The notes under the pieces: model-generated
What the model was told of the DNA's origin: nothing
The model's input: the letters and a program-made list of their open reading frames with translations, nothing else
The model's database searches: none
Origin: Acidobacteriota bacterium
Lineage (GTDB): Bacteria; Acidobacteriota; Vicinamibacteria; Vicinamibacterales; 2-12-FULL-66-21
Assembly: GCA_046735635.1 (NCBI GenBank)
Contig: JBKPTT010000149.1
Coordinates: 1-58,845 of the forward strand
Reading direction: 5' to 3'
DNA: 58,845 nt
Position numbers and translations under genes: made by a program
In this document: positions 28,983-37,032 of the stretch, in pieces
How positions within the stretch are numbered: position 1 is the first letter of the stretch
How the letters are laid out: each line of letters starts with the position of its first letter

Positions 28983-29724
28983 GCATCGCGAACCGTTCTC
29001 TCTTGTGATGAACGGATTTGGTCCCAGCGCAGCGACCGTCGAATGGTGCGTCCCCGCGAGCGCGGTGAGTACCTGGTACGAGTATCATCAAGCCGGCCCC
29101 GAGCGAGCGCCCTCGTCGGGCGAGCCGAAGGGCCGACGGACGCTGGTGGAACCAGGTACTCCCAAACCTCTCGAAACGACGGTCGAGTTGCTCGACCGCA
29201 TGCGCCGCGGAGATCGCGACGCGATCGATCGGCTCTTCGAACGCTGCTTGCCGGCGCTGCGGCGCTGGGCGCGCGGCCGTGTTCCTGCGGCCGCGCGCGG
29301 CGCTCTCGACACTCAGGATCTCGTTCAGGACACGGTGCTCAGCTCGCTGCGGCACCTGAACCAGTTCGAGTCGCGTCATGAGGGGGCGCTCCAGGCGTAC
29401 CTGCGTCAGGCCGTTCTCAATCGGATCCGCGACGAGGCGCGGAAGTACTCGCGCCGTCCCGCAGCGGCGGAGCTGACCGACTCTCAGCCTGCGGACTCGG
29501 CGTCGCCTCTGGACATCGCGATCGGGCGTCAGGGAGTGGAGCGCTACGAGGCCGCGCTCCAGAAGCTGCGGCCCGGCGACCGTGAAGCCATCGTGGGCCG
29601 GCTCGAGCTTCAGTACGACTACAAGGAGCTTGCCGAGCTCCTTGGCAAACCCAACGCAAATGCCGCCCGCGTCGCCGTTACACGTGCGCTTGCCAGGCTG
29701 ATGGAGCACCTCGATGAAGCCTGA
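28981..29724 (+). CDS. ECF-type RNA polymerase sigma factor (sigma-70 family)
   Basis: Region 2 (DAIDRLFERCLPALRRWARGRV...DLVQDTVLSSL) and region 4 (LRPGDREAIVGRLELQYDYKELAELLGKPNANAARVAVTRALARL). True start is probably downstream (for example GTG 29146), because the track start is a TTG inside the palindrome. Confidence 0.8.
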   Translation: MHREPFSLVMNGFGPSAATVEWCVPASAVSTWYEYHQAGPERAPSSGEPKGRRTLVEPGTPKPLETTVELLDRMRRGDRDAIDRLFERCLPALRRWARGRVPAAARGALDTQDLVQDTVLSSLRHLNQFESRHEGALQAYLRQAVLNRIRDEARKYSRRPAAAELTDSQPADSASPLDIAIGRQGVERYEAALQKLRPGDREAIVGRLELQYDYKELAELLGKPNANAARVAVTRALARLMEHLDEA

Positions 29725-32257
29725 GCGCAACGATTATCAGGCTGCGCTCGAGTCGCTTGCCGACGGTACGAACGTCGATTGGGCGGCGCTCGAGTCATCG
29801 GCGGCAACGACAGCGGAGCGGCGGCGCTATCGGAACCTCCGGCTCGTCGCGCGCGTCGCGGAGCTGCACCGCACGCTGCCGCTCGAAGGCGACGGGCCAT
29901 CGCGCTGGAGCGCCCGCGAGGATGTCGCCATCGGCGCTCCCGCGACGTGGGGACATCTCGAGATCCGCAATCGTCTTGCGAGCGGCGCGTATGGCGAGAT
30001 CTACGTCGCTCACGATCCGCGGCTCAACATCGATGTCGCGCTGAAGCTGCTGCGTCTTCCCGCGACGGGAGCGCCAGTCGATCACCTTCTCAGCGAGGCA
30101 CGCACGCTTGCGAAGGTGCGTCATCCCAACGTCGTCACGATTCACGGAGCCGACGTCCGCGACGGCCGTGCGGGGTTGTGGATGGATCTGGTCCATGGCC
30201 AGACGCTCGAGACGTGGCTGCAGGCGCACGGGACGATGGGCGCCACGGAGGCAAGCGCAATCGGCGTTGAAGTGTGCCGTGCGCTCGCGGCGGTGCACGC
30301 GGCGGGGCTCGTTCACGGAGACGTCAAAGCGCAGAACGTCATGCGCGAGGCCGCCGGCCGGACCGTCCTCACCGACTTCGGCGCCGGTCGCACGCAAGGC
30401 GCCGAACCTGTCGGCGTGGCCGGAACGCCGATGTACCTGGCGCCGGAGGTGCTTGCCGGAGAGCCGCCGACCGCGCGAAGCGACATCTACAGCGTCGGTG
30501 TACTCCTCTTCCATCTCCTCGCAGGCTCGTATCCGTTCGCCGCCGCCAGTCTCGAAGAGCTGCGCGCGAGGCACGCGGATGGCGAACGCCGTCGGCTTCG
30601 CTATCTGCGGCCGTATCTACCCGATAGCCTGATGGGTGCGGTCGAGCGCGCGCTCCACGCCGATCCTGCCAGGCGCTTCGCAACCGCTGGCGAGATGGAG
30701 CAGGCGCTCGTCGCTCAGCCCCGACAAATCGACGTCTCGGCCCCAACGCGCGCGCCCGTGCTCGCATTTGCAGCGGCCGCAGCCGTTTTGCTGGCGGTCG
30801 TCGCTACGCTGGTCATATGGTCCCGGATGCCCGGGTCGCGGCGCGGCGTCGTGCTCGCGGAAGTGCGGACGATCGGCGTGCTTCCGATGAAAGATCTGAC
30901 CGACTCCGCCGTACCCGAGCATTTCGCCGAGGGTCTGACCGACGAGCTGATCGCGACGCTTGGTGAGGTGAAAGGCCTTACGGTCAAGCCCGCAGCCCTT
31001 ACCGGGAAAGACAGGGGATCGCTTCAGAACCTCGCGAGGGCTCTCGACGTTGATGCACTCCTCGAGACGACACTGCTGCGAGGCGAGGCGACTAACGTTG
31101 CACCGCGTTTACGCGTCCGGGCGAAGCTCATAGCGGCCGGATCGCAGACCATGGTCTGGACGCAGGTATTCGAGCGCTCGCGAGGCGCCACGCTGGAGTT
31201 GCCTCGCGTGTTGGCTGGTGCGATCGCCGAGGCGGTGCACGCTGCGGTACCGGTAGCCGAATCCACGCGGTTTGCCGCGGCAAACCAGACCAGTCCGGCT
31301 ACCGAAGAGAAGTATCTCGAGGGCGTCGCGCTCCTCAATGAATACGGGAGCAACAGCGCGCGCCTCGCGCTGGAGGCGTTCCAACGAGCCTTGCAGTCCG
31401 ATCCGCGGCACGCAGGCGCCCACTCTGGAGCCGCCCGCGCATACGTCGTTCTGGGGCTGAGCGGCGCGATTCCGAACACCCAGGCGCGTGCGGAGGCCTC
31501 GAAGGAGCTGCGGCGTGCCATCGATGTCGATCCCGACCTCGCCGAGGCACACACCACCCTCGGATACCTGAATTTCGTCTATGACTGGGATTGGACGGCG
31601 GCCGAGCGCGAGTTCGTTCACGCTCTCGAATTGAACGAAAACTCAGCGTATGGAAGAACGTACTATGCTGAGTTTCTTGCGGCGCGCCGCAGGTTCGAGG
31701 AGGCGGTGAAGACGGCGCAGACCGCGAAAACCCTGGACCCGCAGTCCGGGCATGCGGCTCGAAGCTGTGCGCTCGTTCTGTATTACGCGCACGATTTTTC
31801 GGAAGCCGAGCGCGCCCTTGACGACGCGCGGGCCATCGAACCGAACTCCGCGGCGTTGCCGGTCCTTGAATCCCGTTTCGCGGAGGTGCGAGGCCGGTTC
31901 GATGATGCGCTCAAGGCTATCACCAACGCGCTGGATCGGTCGGGCGGTGAAAATGTTGGCTTGCGCGTGCAGCACGTGCGACAGCTGGCCATTTCCGGCC
32001 GCCGGGCCGAGGCACTGGCGGGTCTGGCGGAACTGCGCCGCGACGGGAGCGCTGCTCACCTGAGCCCTCGCGATCTCGCCTACATCCAGCTCGCCCTCGG
32101 GAACCAGGATGCCGCGATCGAGCTCTTCTCGCAGGCAGTCGCCTTACAAGAACCGACCGTCGTCTGGCTCGCCGTCGATCCGCGGCTGGACGTGCTACAG
32201 CATAATCCCGGCTTCCGGAAAGTACTTTTGTCGATCGGACTTCCGCTCCTCCCTTGA
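29714..32257 (+). CDS. transmembrane Ser/Thr protein kinase with periplasmic TolB-N-like and TPR domains
   Basis: 847 aa. Kinase subdomains GAYGEIYVA, VALKLL, HGDVKAQNV, DFG, GTPMYLAPE. TM VLAFAAAAAVLLAVVATLVIW. C-terminal TPR-like repeats. Overlaps the sigma gene by 11 nt. Confidence 0.85.
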   Translation: MKPERNDYQAALESLADGTNVDWAALESSAATTAERRRYRNLRLVARVAELHRTLPLEGDGPSRWSAREDVAIGAPATWGHLEIRNRLASGAYGEIYVAHDPRLNIDVALKLLRLPATGAPVDHLLSEARTLAKVRHPNVVTIHGADVRDGRAGLWMDLVHGQTLETWLQAHGTMGATEASAIGVEVCRALAAVHAAGLVHGDVKAQNVMREAAGRTVLTDFGAGRTQGAEPVGVAGTPMYLAPEVLAGEPPTARSDIYSVGVLLFHLLAGSYPFAAASLEELRARHADGERRRLRYLRPYLPDSLMGAVERALHADPARRFATAGEMEQALVAQPRQIDVSAPTRAPVLAFAAAAAVLLAVVATLVIWSRMPGSRRGVVLAEVRTIGVLPMKDLTDSAVPEHFAEGLTDELIATLGEVKGLTVKPAALTGKDRGSLQNLARALDVDALLETTLLRGEATNVAPRLRVRAKLIAAGSQTMVWTQVFERSRGATLELPRVLAGAIAEAVHAAVPVAESTRFAAANQTSPATEEKYLEGVALLNEYGSNSARLALEAFQRALQSDPRHAGAHSGAARAYVVLGLSGAIPNTQARAEASKELRRAIDVDPDLAEAHTTLGYLNFVYDWDWTAAEREFVHALELNENSAYGRTYYAEFLAARRRFEEAVKTAQTAKTLDPQSGHAARSCALVLYYAHDFSEAERALDDARAIEPNSAALPVLESRFAEVRGRFDDALKAITNALDRSGGENVGLRVQHVRQLAISGRRAEALAGLAELRRDGSAAHLSPRDLAYIQLALGNQDAAIELFSQAVALQEPTVVWLAVDPRLDVLQHNPGFRKVLLSIGLPLLP

Positions 32258-32310
32258 CGCGCAGTTAACGCTGACCTAGACTCCCGCTCACATTTTCAAA
32301 GGAGTTCGCA

Positions 32311-32628
32311 GTGGCCAAGAAGAAGAAGGCAGCGCGTCCAGCATCCAAGCGCCCACGCGCCGCACGGAAAGCGGTCAAGCGATCCAAGTCAGCAGCCTCC
32401 CGGCGTGCCGGCGTTCAGGCGGTGCACCGCGGGCTCAAAGACCCCATGAAGGTCAATTTGAAGTTTCTCAAGAACGACATTCGGGATCACATCTCGGCGC
32501 TCAGGGCGCTTCCGCAGACAGACCAAGTGCGCGCTGCCGTCGAGGTTCTCGATCAAGCACAGGCCAGGATCTCTAATCCATGCTCGCCGACGATGATTTT
32601 CGATCAAGCCGGCAACGTCACTGAGTGA
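32311..32628 (+). CDS. small protein with Lys/Arg/Ala-rich (histone-H1-like) N-terminus, function unknown
   Basis: 105 aa. GTG start preceded by a strong AAGGAG SD. MAKKKKAARPASKRPRAARKAVKRSKSAASRR... Ends 4 nt before the SagB-like gene. Confidence 0.6.
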   Translation: MAKKKKAARPASKRPRAARKAVKRSKSAASRRAGVQAVHRGLKDPMKVNLKFLKNDIRDHISALRALPQTDQVRAAVEVLDQAQARISNPCSPTMIFDQAGNVTE

Positions 32629-32632
32629 CCGC

Positions 32633-33781
32633 ATGGCGTCGGGACGGCGAACTCCGATGAAATACCGGCGTTCGCCGCACCTGGTTGCCTACTGGCACGA
32701 CGGCACCCTCCAAATCGTCAACTACGCGGCACGAAGCAGGTCGTCGGCGAACGGCTTGGTCTGCGGCATTCTCGATTACTGCGGGACGTGGCGAACGCCC
32801 GCCCAGATTGCCGGCGCGCTCCCCGCAGCGCAGTCTCCCGTACTGTCCCACCTTCTCGACCGCCTGGTCGAACGCTCATTGCTCGTGCGTTCGACAGATT
32901 CCCCGGATCCGCGGGTTGCGGCAATGCACGCGCTGGACAAATGGAATCCGGAGGCCGGCTTTTTTCACGCCGCAACGAAAGATGTCAAATTTCTATCGCC
33001 GGCCCGGGCTCGTGCTCACGCGCGGCGGCAGGTCCAGAAGACTCGGATGCCGCCCGTCGTAAAGCGCTATCGCCTGGCGCCAAAAATCGTATTGCCGGCA
33101 CCCAGCGCGAATCCGCCGTTGACTGACGTGCTGCTTGCCCGCCGGACCTCACGCCGGTACTCGTCAGTCCCGGTTACAGTGGCGGACCTTTCGTCGATTC
33201 TCGGTTTTGCGGCTGGCGTCCACCAATGGGCGCCTACGCCCACGGGCGATGTGGCGCTGAAGACGTCCCCCTCAGGCGGCGCACGACACTCTATCGAGTG
33301 CTATCTCGTCGTGCGCGCCGTCGCTGGCCTGCGCCCTGGGGTGTATCACTACCGTCCGGATCGTCACTTGCTTGAGCGCATCGGCGGGGCCGTGCCGATT
33401 GCCCGTATGCGCGCATACGTGCCCGGCAGTGGTTACTTCGCGTCCGCCTCCGTCATGGTGTTCTTCACGTCGATGTTCGAACGCGAGATCTGGAGATACC
33501 CGGACGCCCGCGCGTATCGGGCGACGATCGCGGAAGCGGGTCACGTATGCCAGACGCTGCTGCTGATGGCGACTTCCCTCGGCCTGGCGTCGTACTGTGT
33601 GATGGGACTCGCCGACAGCCTCATCGAGGCGGATCTCGGGATCGATGGAATCACCGAGTCCGTCCTCTACTGCGCCGGGATCGCGCGAACACCTAGAGGG
33701 AAAGGTCCCGCGACGTTGCCGAAAGGATCGATCGCGATGCGGCCGAACAGGTATCTGCATCCAGTGCGGAGCGCATCATGA
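32633..33781 (+). CDS. SagB/ThcOx-type dehydrogenase (nitroreductase superfamily) with N-terminal winged-helix-like extension
   Basis: 382 aa. ARRTSRRYSS...TSPSGGARHSIECYLVV...GVYHY...AGHVCQTLLLMATSLGLASYCVMG. The N-terminal 100 aa resemble the peptide-binding region seen in SagB proteins. Confidence 0.8.
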   Translation: MASGRRTPMKYRRSPHLVAYWHDGTLQIVNYAARSRSSANGLVCGILDYCGTWRTPAQIAGALPAAQSPVLSHLLDRLVERSLLVRSTDSPDPRVAAMHALDKWNPEAGFFHAATKDVKFLSPARARAHARRQVQKTRMPPVVKRYRLAPKIVLPAPSANPPLTDVLLARRTSRRYSSVPVTVADLSSILGFAAGVHQWAPTPTGDVALKTSPSGGARHSIECYLVVRAVAGLRPGVYHYRPDRHLLERIGGAVPIARMRAYVPGSGYFASASVMVFFTSMFEREIWRYPDARAYRATIAEAGHVCQTLLLMATSLGLASYCVMGLADSLIEADLGIDGITESVLYCAGIARTPRGKGPATLPKGSIAMRPNRYLHPVRSAS

Positions 33782-36163
33782 CGTCCGGAGCACTTCCACA
33801 ATCTGCACCGAGCGAGCCCGACGCGCCGGGCCTATCAATGCCGCGGCAGCGCTGAGCACCAGCAGAAGCACGCTGCCTGCATACACCACAGGATCGTACG
33901 GATCAGCCGTGATGCCGTAGACGACGCCGATCGCGAAGCGCGACAGGAGTGCCCCCGCGGCAGCGCCCACGACGACGCCGGGCACGACCGTCATGAATCC
34001 GTCCACCAGAATCATCCTGGCGATGTCGCGTGGCGAAGCGCCGAGCGCAAGCCGCAGTGCGAAGTCGCGCCGGCGATGCCCCACGAAGCACGAAAACACG
34101 CCGTACAGTCCCATTGCCGCGAGCAGCGCGGATACAGTGGCCAGCACCCCGAACTCGCCAAACATGGCAAAGTCGCCCGATTGCCGAACCCAGATCCACT
34201 CTTTGAAGGTCCTCAACTGGTACGGTGCAACGTCGGCATCGACTTCCGCCAGCGCGCGTCGGATCGGCTCGAGACTGTAGCCCTCCGGCACTCGAGCAAC
34301 GAGGAACATGTTCCGCTGCGGCTCCTGGGTATGAGGCACGTACACAAAGGGTGGCACGTCGGCGCCCGTGAGATTCCTGATATTCCCCGCGATCCCGACG
34401 ATCTCGCGGAGCCGCGTTTCTCCCCGGATGCTCAGCCGGCGTCCTACGAGATTCTCCGGATTGTTTCCATACCGACGCGCGAACTGCCGGCTGACGATCG
34501 CCACGAGAGGCGTATCGGCGGTGTCGTGCGGCGTGAAATCGCGGCCGGACAGAATCTCGAGACCGATCGTTTCGAACAAGCGCGGTGTCGCAACGGCAAG
34601 CTGCGCGGATTCCTCGTCGTCTGTGTTGAGCGGTTCGGAATCCAGTCTGGCGGCAACCGAAGTGCCTCCCGTCAAGGCGGGATTGACGCTGCTGGCTGCG
34701 GCGGCGGAGACCCCCGGCAATCGCGAAACGTGATCGACGAAAGCGTCGAACCGTGTTGAAAGCGTCTGCCGGCCGGGGTACTTCCAGGCTGGTAGTGCCA
34801 GGCTTACCGTCGTAACCGGTGTCGTATCAAATCCGACATCGATCCGCACCGCTGCGACCAGAGACCGGAGAATGATCGTCGAGACGATGAGAACGATAAG
34901 CGCTGCTCCGAGCTGAGTCGTCGCGAGCGTGCGCTGTATCCGGTGTCCCTTTTGCCCTGATTGCGATTCCGTCAAGCCTCCCGTGGTCAGGGGAATTCGC
35001 CCACGCAGGAGCTGAATCGTGGGAACAATTCCGAAGACGAAGGGTGTAAGCAGCGACACGCACGCGGCAAAGCCCAGCATCTGTCGATCGATGAGCACGC
35101 GCTTGTAGTAAGGATCTGCTGACATGCGCAGCATGTCCACGCCGATGACCGTGAGCCCGAAACCGATCAACAGTGCGGGCACCGCAATCAGCAGACCTTC
35201 GAGTACCTGCTGGCGGACGATGCGGAGCCAAGTCGCGCCGACGGCCAGCCGAATCCCGAACTCCTTCTGGCGCGCAATGCCTTGCGACATCAGCAGTAGC
35301 GCGACGTTGACGCACCCATTGAGCAGCACGAGGCCGGCGGCGATGGACTCCAGCGCGAGGTTGTAATACGTCTGCGGGCCCGTCCGGCCCGTATGTGTGT
35401 CGACCGCGCGTGCGTCCCAGCCGTGGTTCGTGTCTGGATGTTCGCCCGCGAGCTGCAGCGCGATGTTGTGCACCTCATCGTGAGCCTGTGCGACGGTGAT
35501 GCCGGGCTTCAAGATGCCAACCACCGTCAATGACCGCAGTTCGCGCGGACCCGTTCGTGCCGCCACGAGATCGAAGGGCACCCACACGTCAGCTGATTGG
35601 AACACCGAATCCAGACGGGGATCGAACACTCCGACGATGGTACGAGCGACTCCGTCCAGAGTGATGGCGCTGCCGATGACGGCCGGATCCGCTCCCAGGG
35701 CCGTTTGCCACAGCCGGTTGCTGATGACTACGACTTTCGGACGTTCCGGCAGATCCTCTCCGTCACGGAATCGTCTGCCCTGCGCGACGGGCAAGCCCCA
35801 GATATCGAGAAGATTGGCTGTGACGAGCCACGCACCGAGCCGGGTGGCCTGGCCGCGGCCGGTGAGCGTCAGGGTGCCTCCCGTCCGTGCGCCAAGCGAC
35901 GCGAATGCGTGGCTGCGATCCCGGATATCGAGAAAATCGGGGAGCGAGACACCGGCCCTGTCGTTCGCATGACGGGTATCGACGCTGAAGATCCATCCGA
36001 GGCGTTCCGGACGCTCAATCCATGTGTTGATGAACGCGACCGCGTTGGTGCCGAACGCGAGTGTGGTCGCCCCGATGCCGAGCGCGAGAATAGCGCACGC
36101 GAGCGCCGACAATTTGGCGTGGCGTACTACGCTGCGAAACGCCTCGCGGAGGTCGAAAAGCAT
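33776..36163 (-). CDS. duplicated FtsX/MacB-type ABC permease (ADOP family: acidobacterial duplicated orphan permease)
   Basis: 795 aa. Two MacB_PCD + FtsX 4-TM modules. N-terminus MLFDLREAFRSVVRHAKLSALACAILALGIGATT is typical of ADOP. No adjacent ATPase gene. Confidence 0.85.
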   Translation of the reverse strand: MLFDLREAFRSVVRHAKLSALACAILALGIGATTLAFGTNAVAFINTWIERPERLGWIFSVDTRHANDRAGVSLPDFLDIRDRSHAFASLGARTGGTLTLTGRGQATRLGAWLVTANLLDIWGLPVAQGRRFRDGEDLPERPKVVVISNRLWQTALGADPAVIGSAITLDGVARTIVGVFDPRLDSVFQSADVWVPFDLVAARTGPRELRSLTVVGILKPGITVAQAHDEVHNIALQLAGEHPDTNHGWDARAVDTHTGRTGPQTYYNLALESIAAGLVLLNGCVNVALLLMSQGIARQKEFGIRLAVGATWLRIVRQQVLEGLLIAVPALLIGFGLTVIGVDMLRMSADPYYKRVLIDRQMLGFAACVSLLTPFVFGIVPTIQLLRGRIPLTTGGLTESQSGQKGHRIQRTLATTQLGAALIVLIVSTIILRSLVAAVRIDVGFDTTPVTTVSLALPAWKYPGRQTLSTRFDAFVDHVSRLPGVSAAAASSVNPALTGGTSVAARLDSEPLNTDDEESAQLAVATPRLFETIGLEILSGRDFTPHDTADTPLVAIVSRQFARRYGNNPENLVGRRLSIRGETRLREIVGIAGNIRNLTGADVPPFVYVPHTQEPQRNMFLVARVPEGYSLEPIRRALAEVDADVAPYQLRTFKEWIWVRQSGDFAMFGEFGVLATVSALLAAMGLYGVFSCFVGHRRRDFALRLALGASPRDIARMILVDGFMTVVPGVVVGAAAGALLSRFAIGVVYGITADPYDPVVYAGSVLLLVLSAAAALIGPARRARSVQIVEVLRTS

Positions 36164-36305
36164 GATCCGTAACCGTTTGGCTGCAGAGTGCGTCCAGTTG
36201 CCTGGCTAAGGCCTCTGCACGTTAGGTCAGGGCGTGGTATGTGTCAAAGCAAAATGCTGGCAGATTGGTACTTAGGTCCTCCGGATTTCGCCCTCCGGGT
36301 ATCCG

Positions 36306-36953
36306 GTGCCCAAGCGCAGGGATCAAAACTGTACGCTCTTCTCTGCCGCAGCGTTGACTTCCATAGAGGCCACGTCGTCGGAGGGAGACGTCATGGAACA
36401 CACTCACGGGGTCAGGCTGGACGTGTTGTTGCGGCGCGGTCCGCTCGAGTGCACGGAGGTGGCGCGGCTTGGCGCCGAGCTCGCCCGTGGACTCGCGGCC
36501 GCGCACGCGGCGGGGGTCGTCCATGGTGATATCACACCTGCCAAGTTGAAGATCACGTCCGACGGCGAATTGAAAATCCTGGATTTCCCTGCCCGTGCCA
36601 ATACAGGAGAGGACGCCGGCGACGCCCGTACGGCGGACATCTTTGCCGCCGGTGCGGTGCTGTACCAGATGGCGTGCGGCCGGGCGCCGTTCAGCGCCTC
36701 GAATCCGGAAGCCGCGGTCAGGGCAATCCTGAACGGGAAGGTGCCGCTTCCGTCGCAGGTCCACCGCGGCGTTCACCGTGCGTTGGAGCGGATTATCATC
36801 CGCGCGCTCGAGCCGATTCCTGCGCGCCGTTACGCCTCCGCGAACGATCTCGCGCGGGCGCTCGAGGCCTTGGAGATGACGCGAGGTTGCCGGGAATCCG
36901 CGCACGCTGAGCCATCCCATAACCTCGCGATTCCTGATTCGTCGATTCGCTGA
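36306..36953 (+). pseudogene. N-terminally truncated Ser/Thr kinase-like ORF (C-lobe only; pseudokinase or gene remnant)
   Basis: Retains the hinge and C-lobe (VMEHTHGVRLDVLL, AHAAGVVHGDITPAKL, ILDFP in place of DFG, ADIFAAGAVLYQM, RRYASANDLARALE). Lacks the Gly-loop, VAIK lysine and APE loop. Likely ATG is 36393. Confidence 0.55.
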
Positions 36954-37032
36954 TTCGGTGGATTCAGCGGTTCACGGATCCAGGCGAGGATTGGCGATTC
37001 GTGATTCGCGATGAGGGATCAGGGATTTCCGG
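36928..37032. repeat. imperfect 7-9 bp tandem array with GATTC core (about 13 units)
   Basis: gcgattc ctgattc gtcgattc gctgattc ggtggattc agcggttc acggatc ... gcgattc gtgattc gcgatga gggatca gggattt. Spans the 3' ends of two convergent genes. Confidence 0.75.

Noticed and set aside
36222-36920. 232-aa minus-strand ORF antisense to the kinase-like ORF
   Set aside because: The plus-strand frame carries recognisable kinase C-lobe motifs. The minus-strand translation is Arg-rich with no motif.
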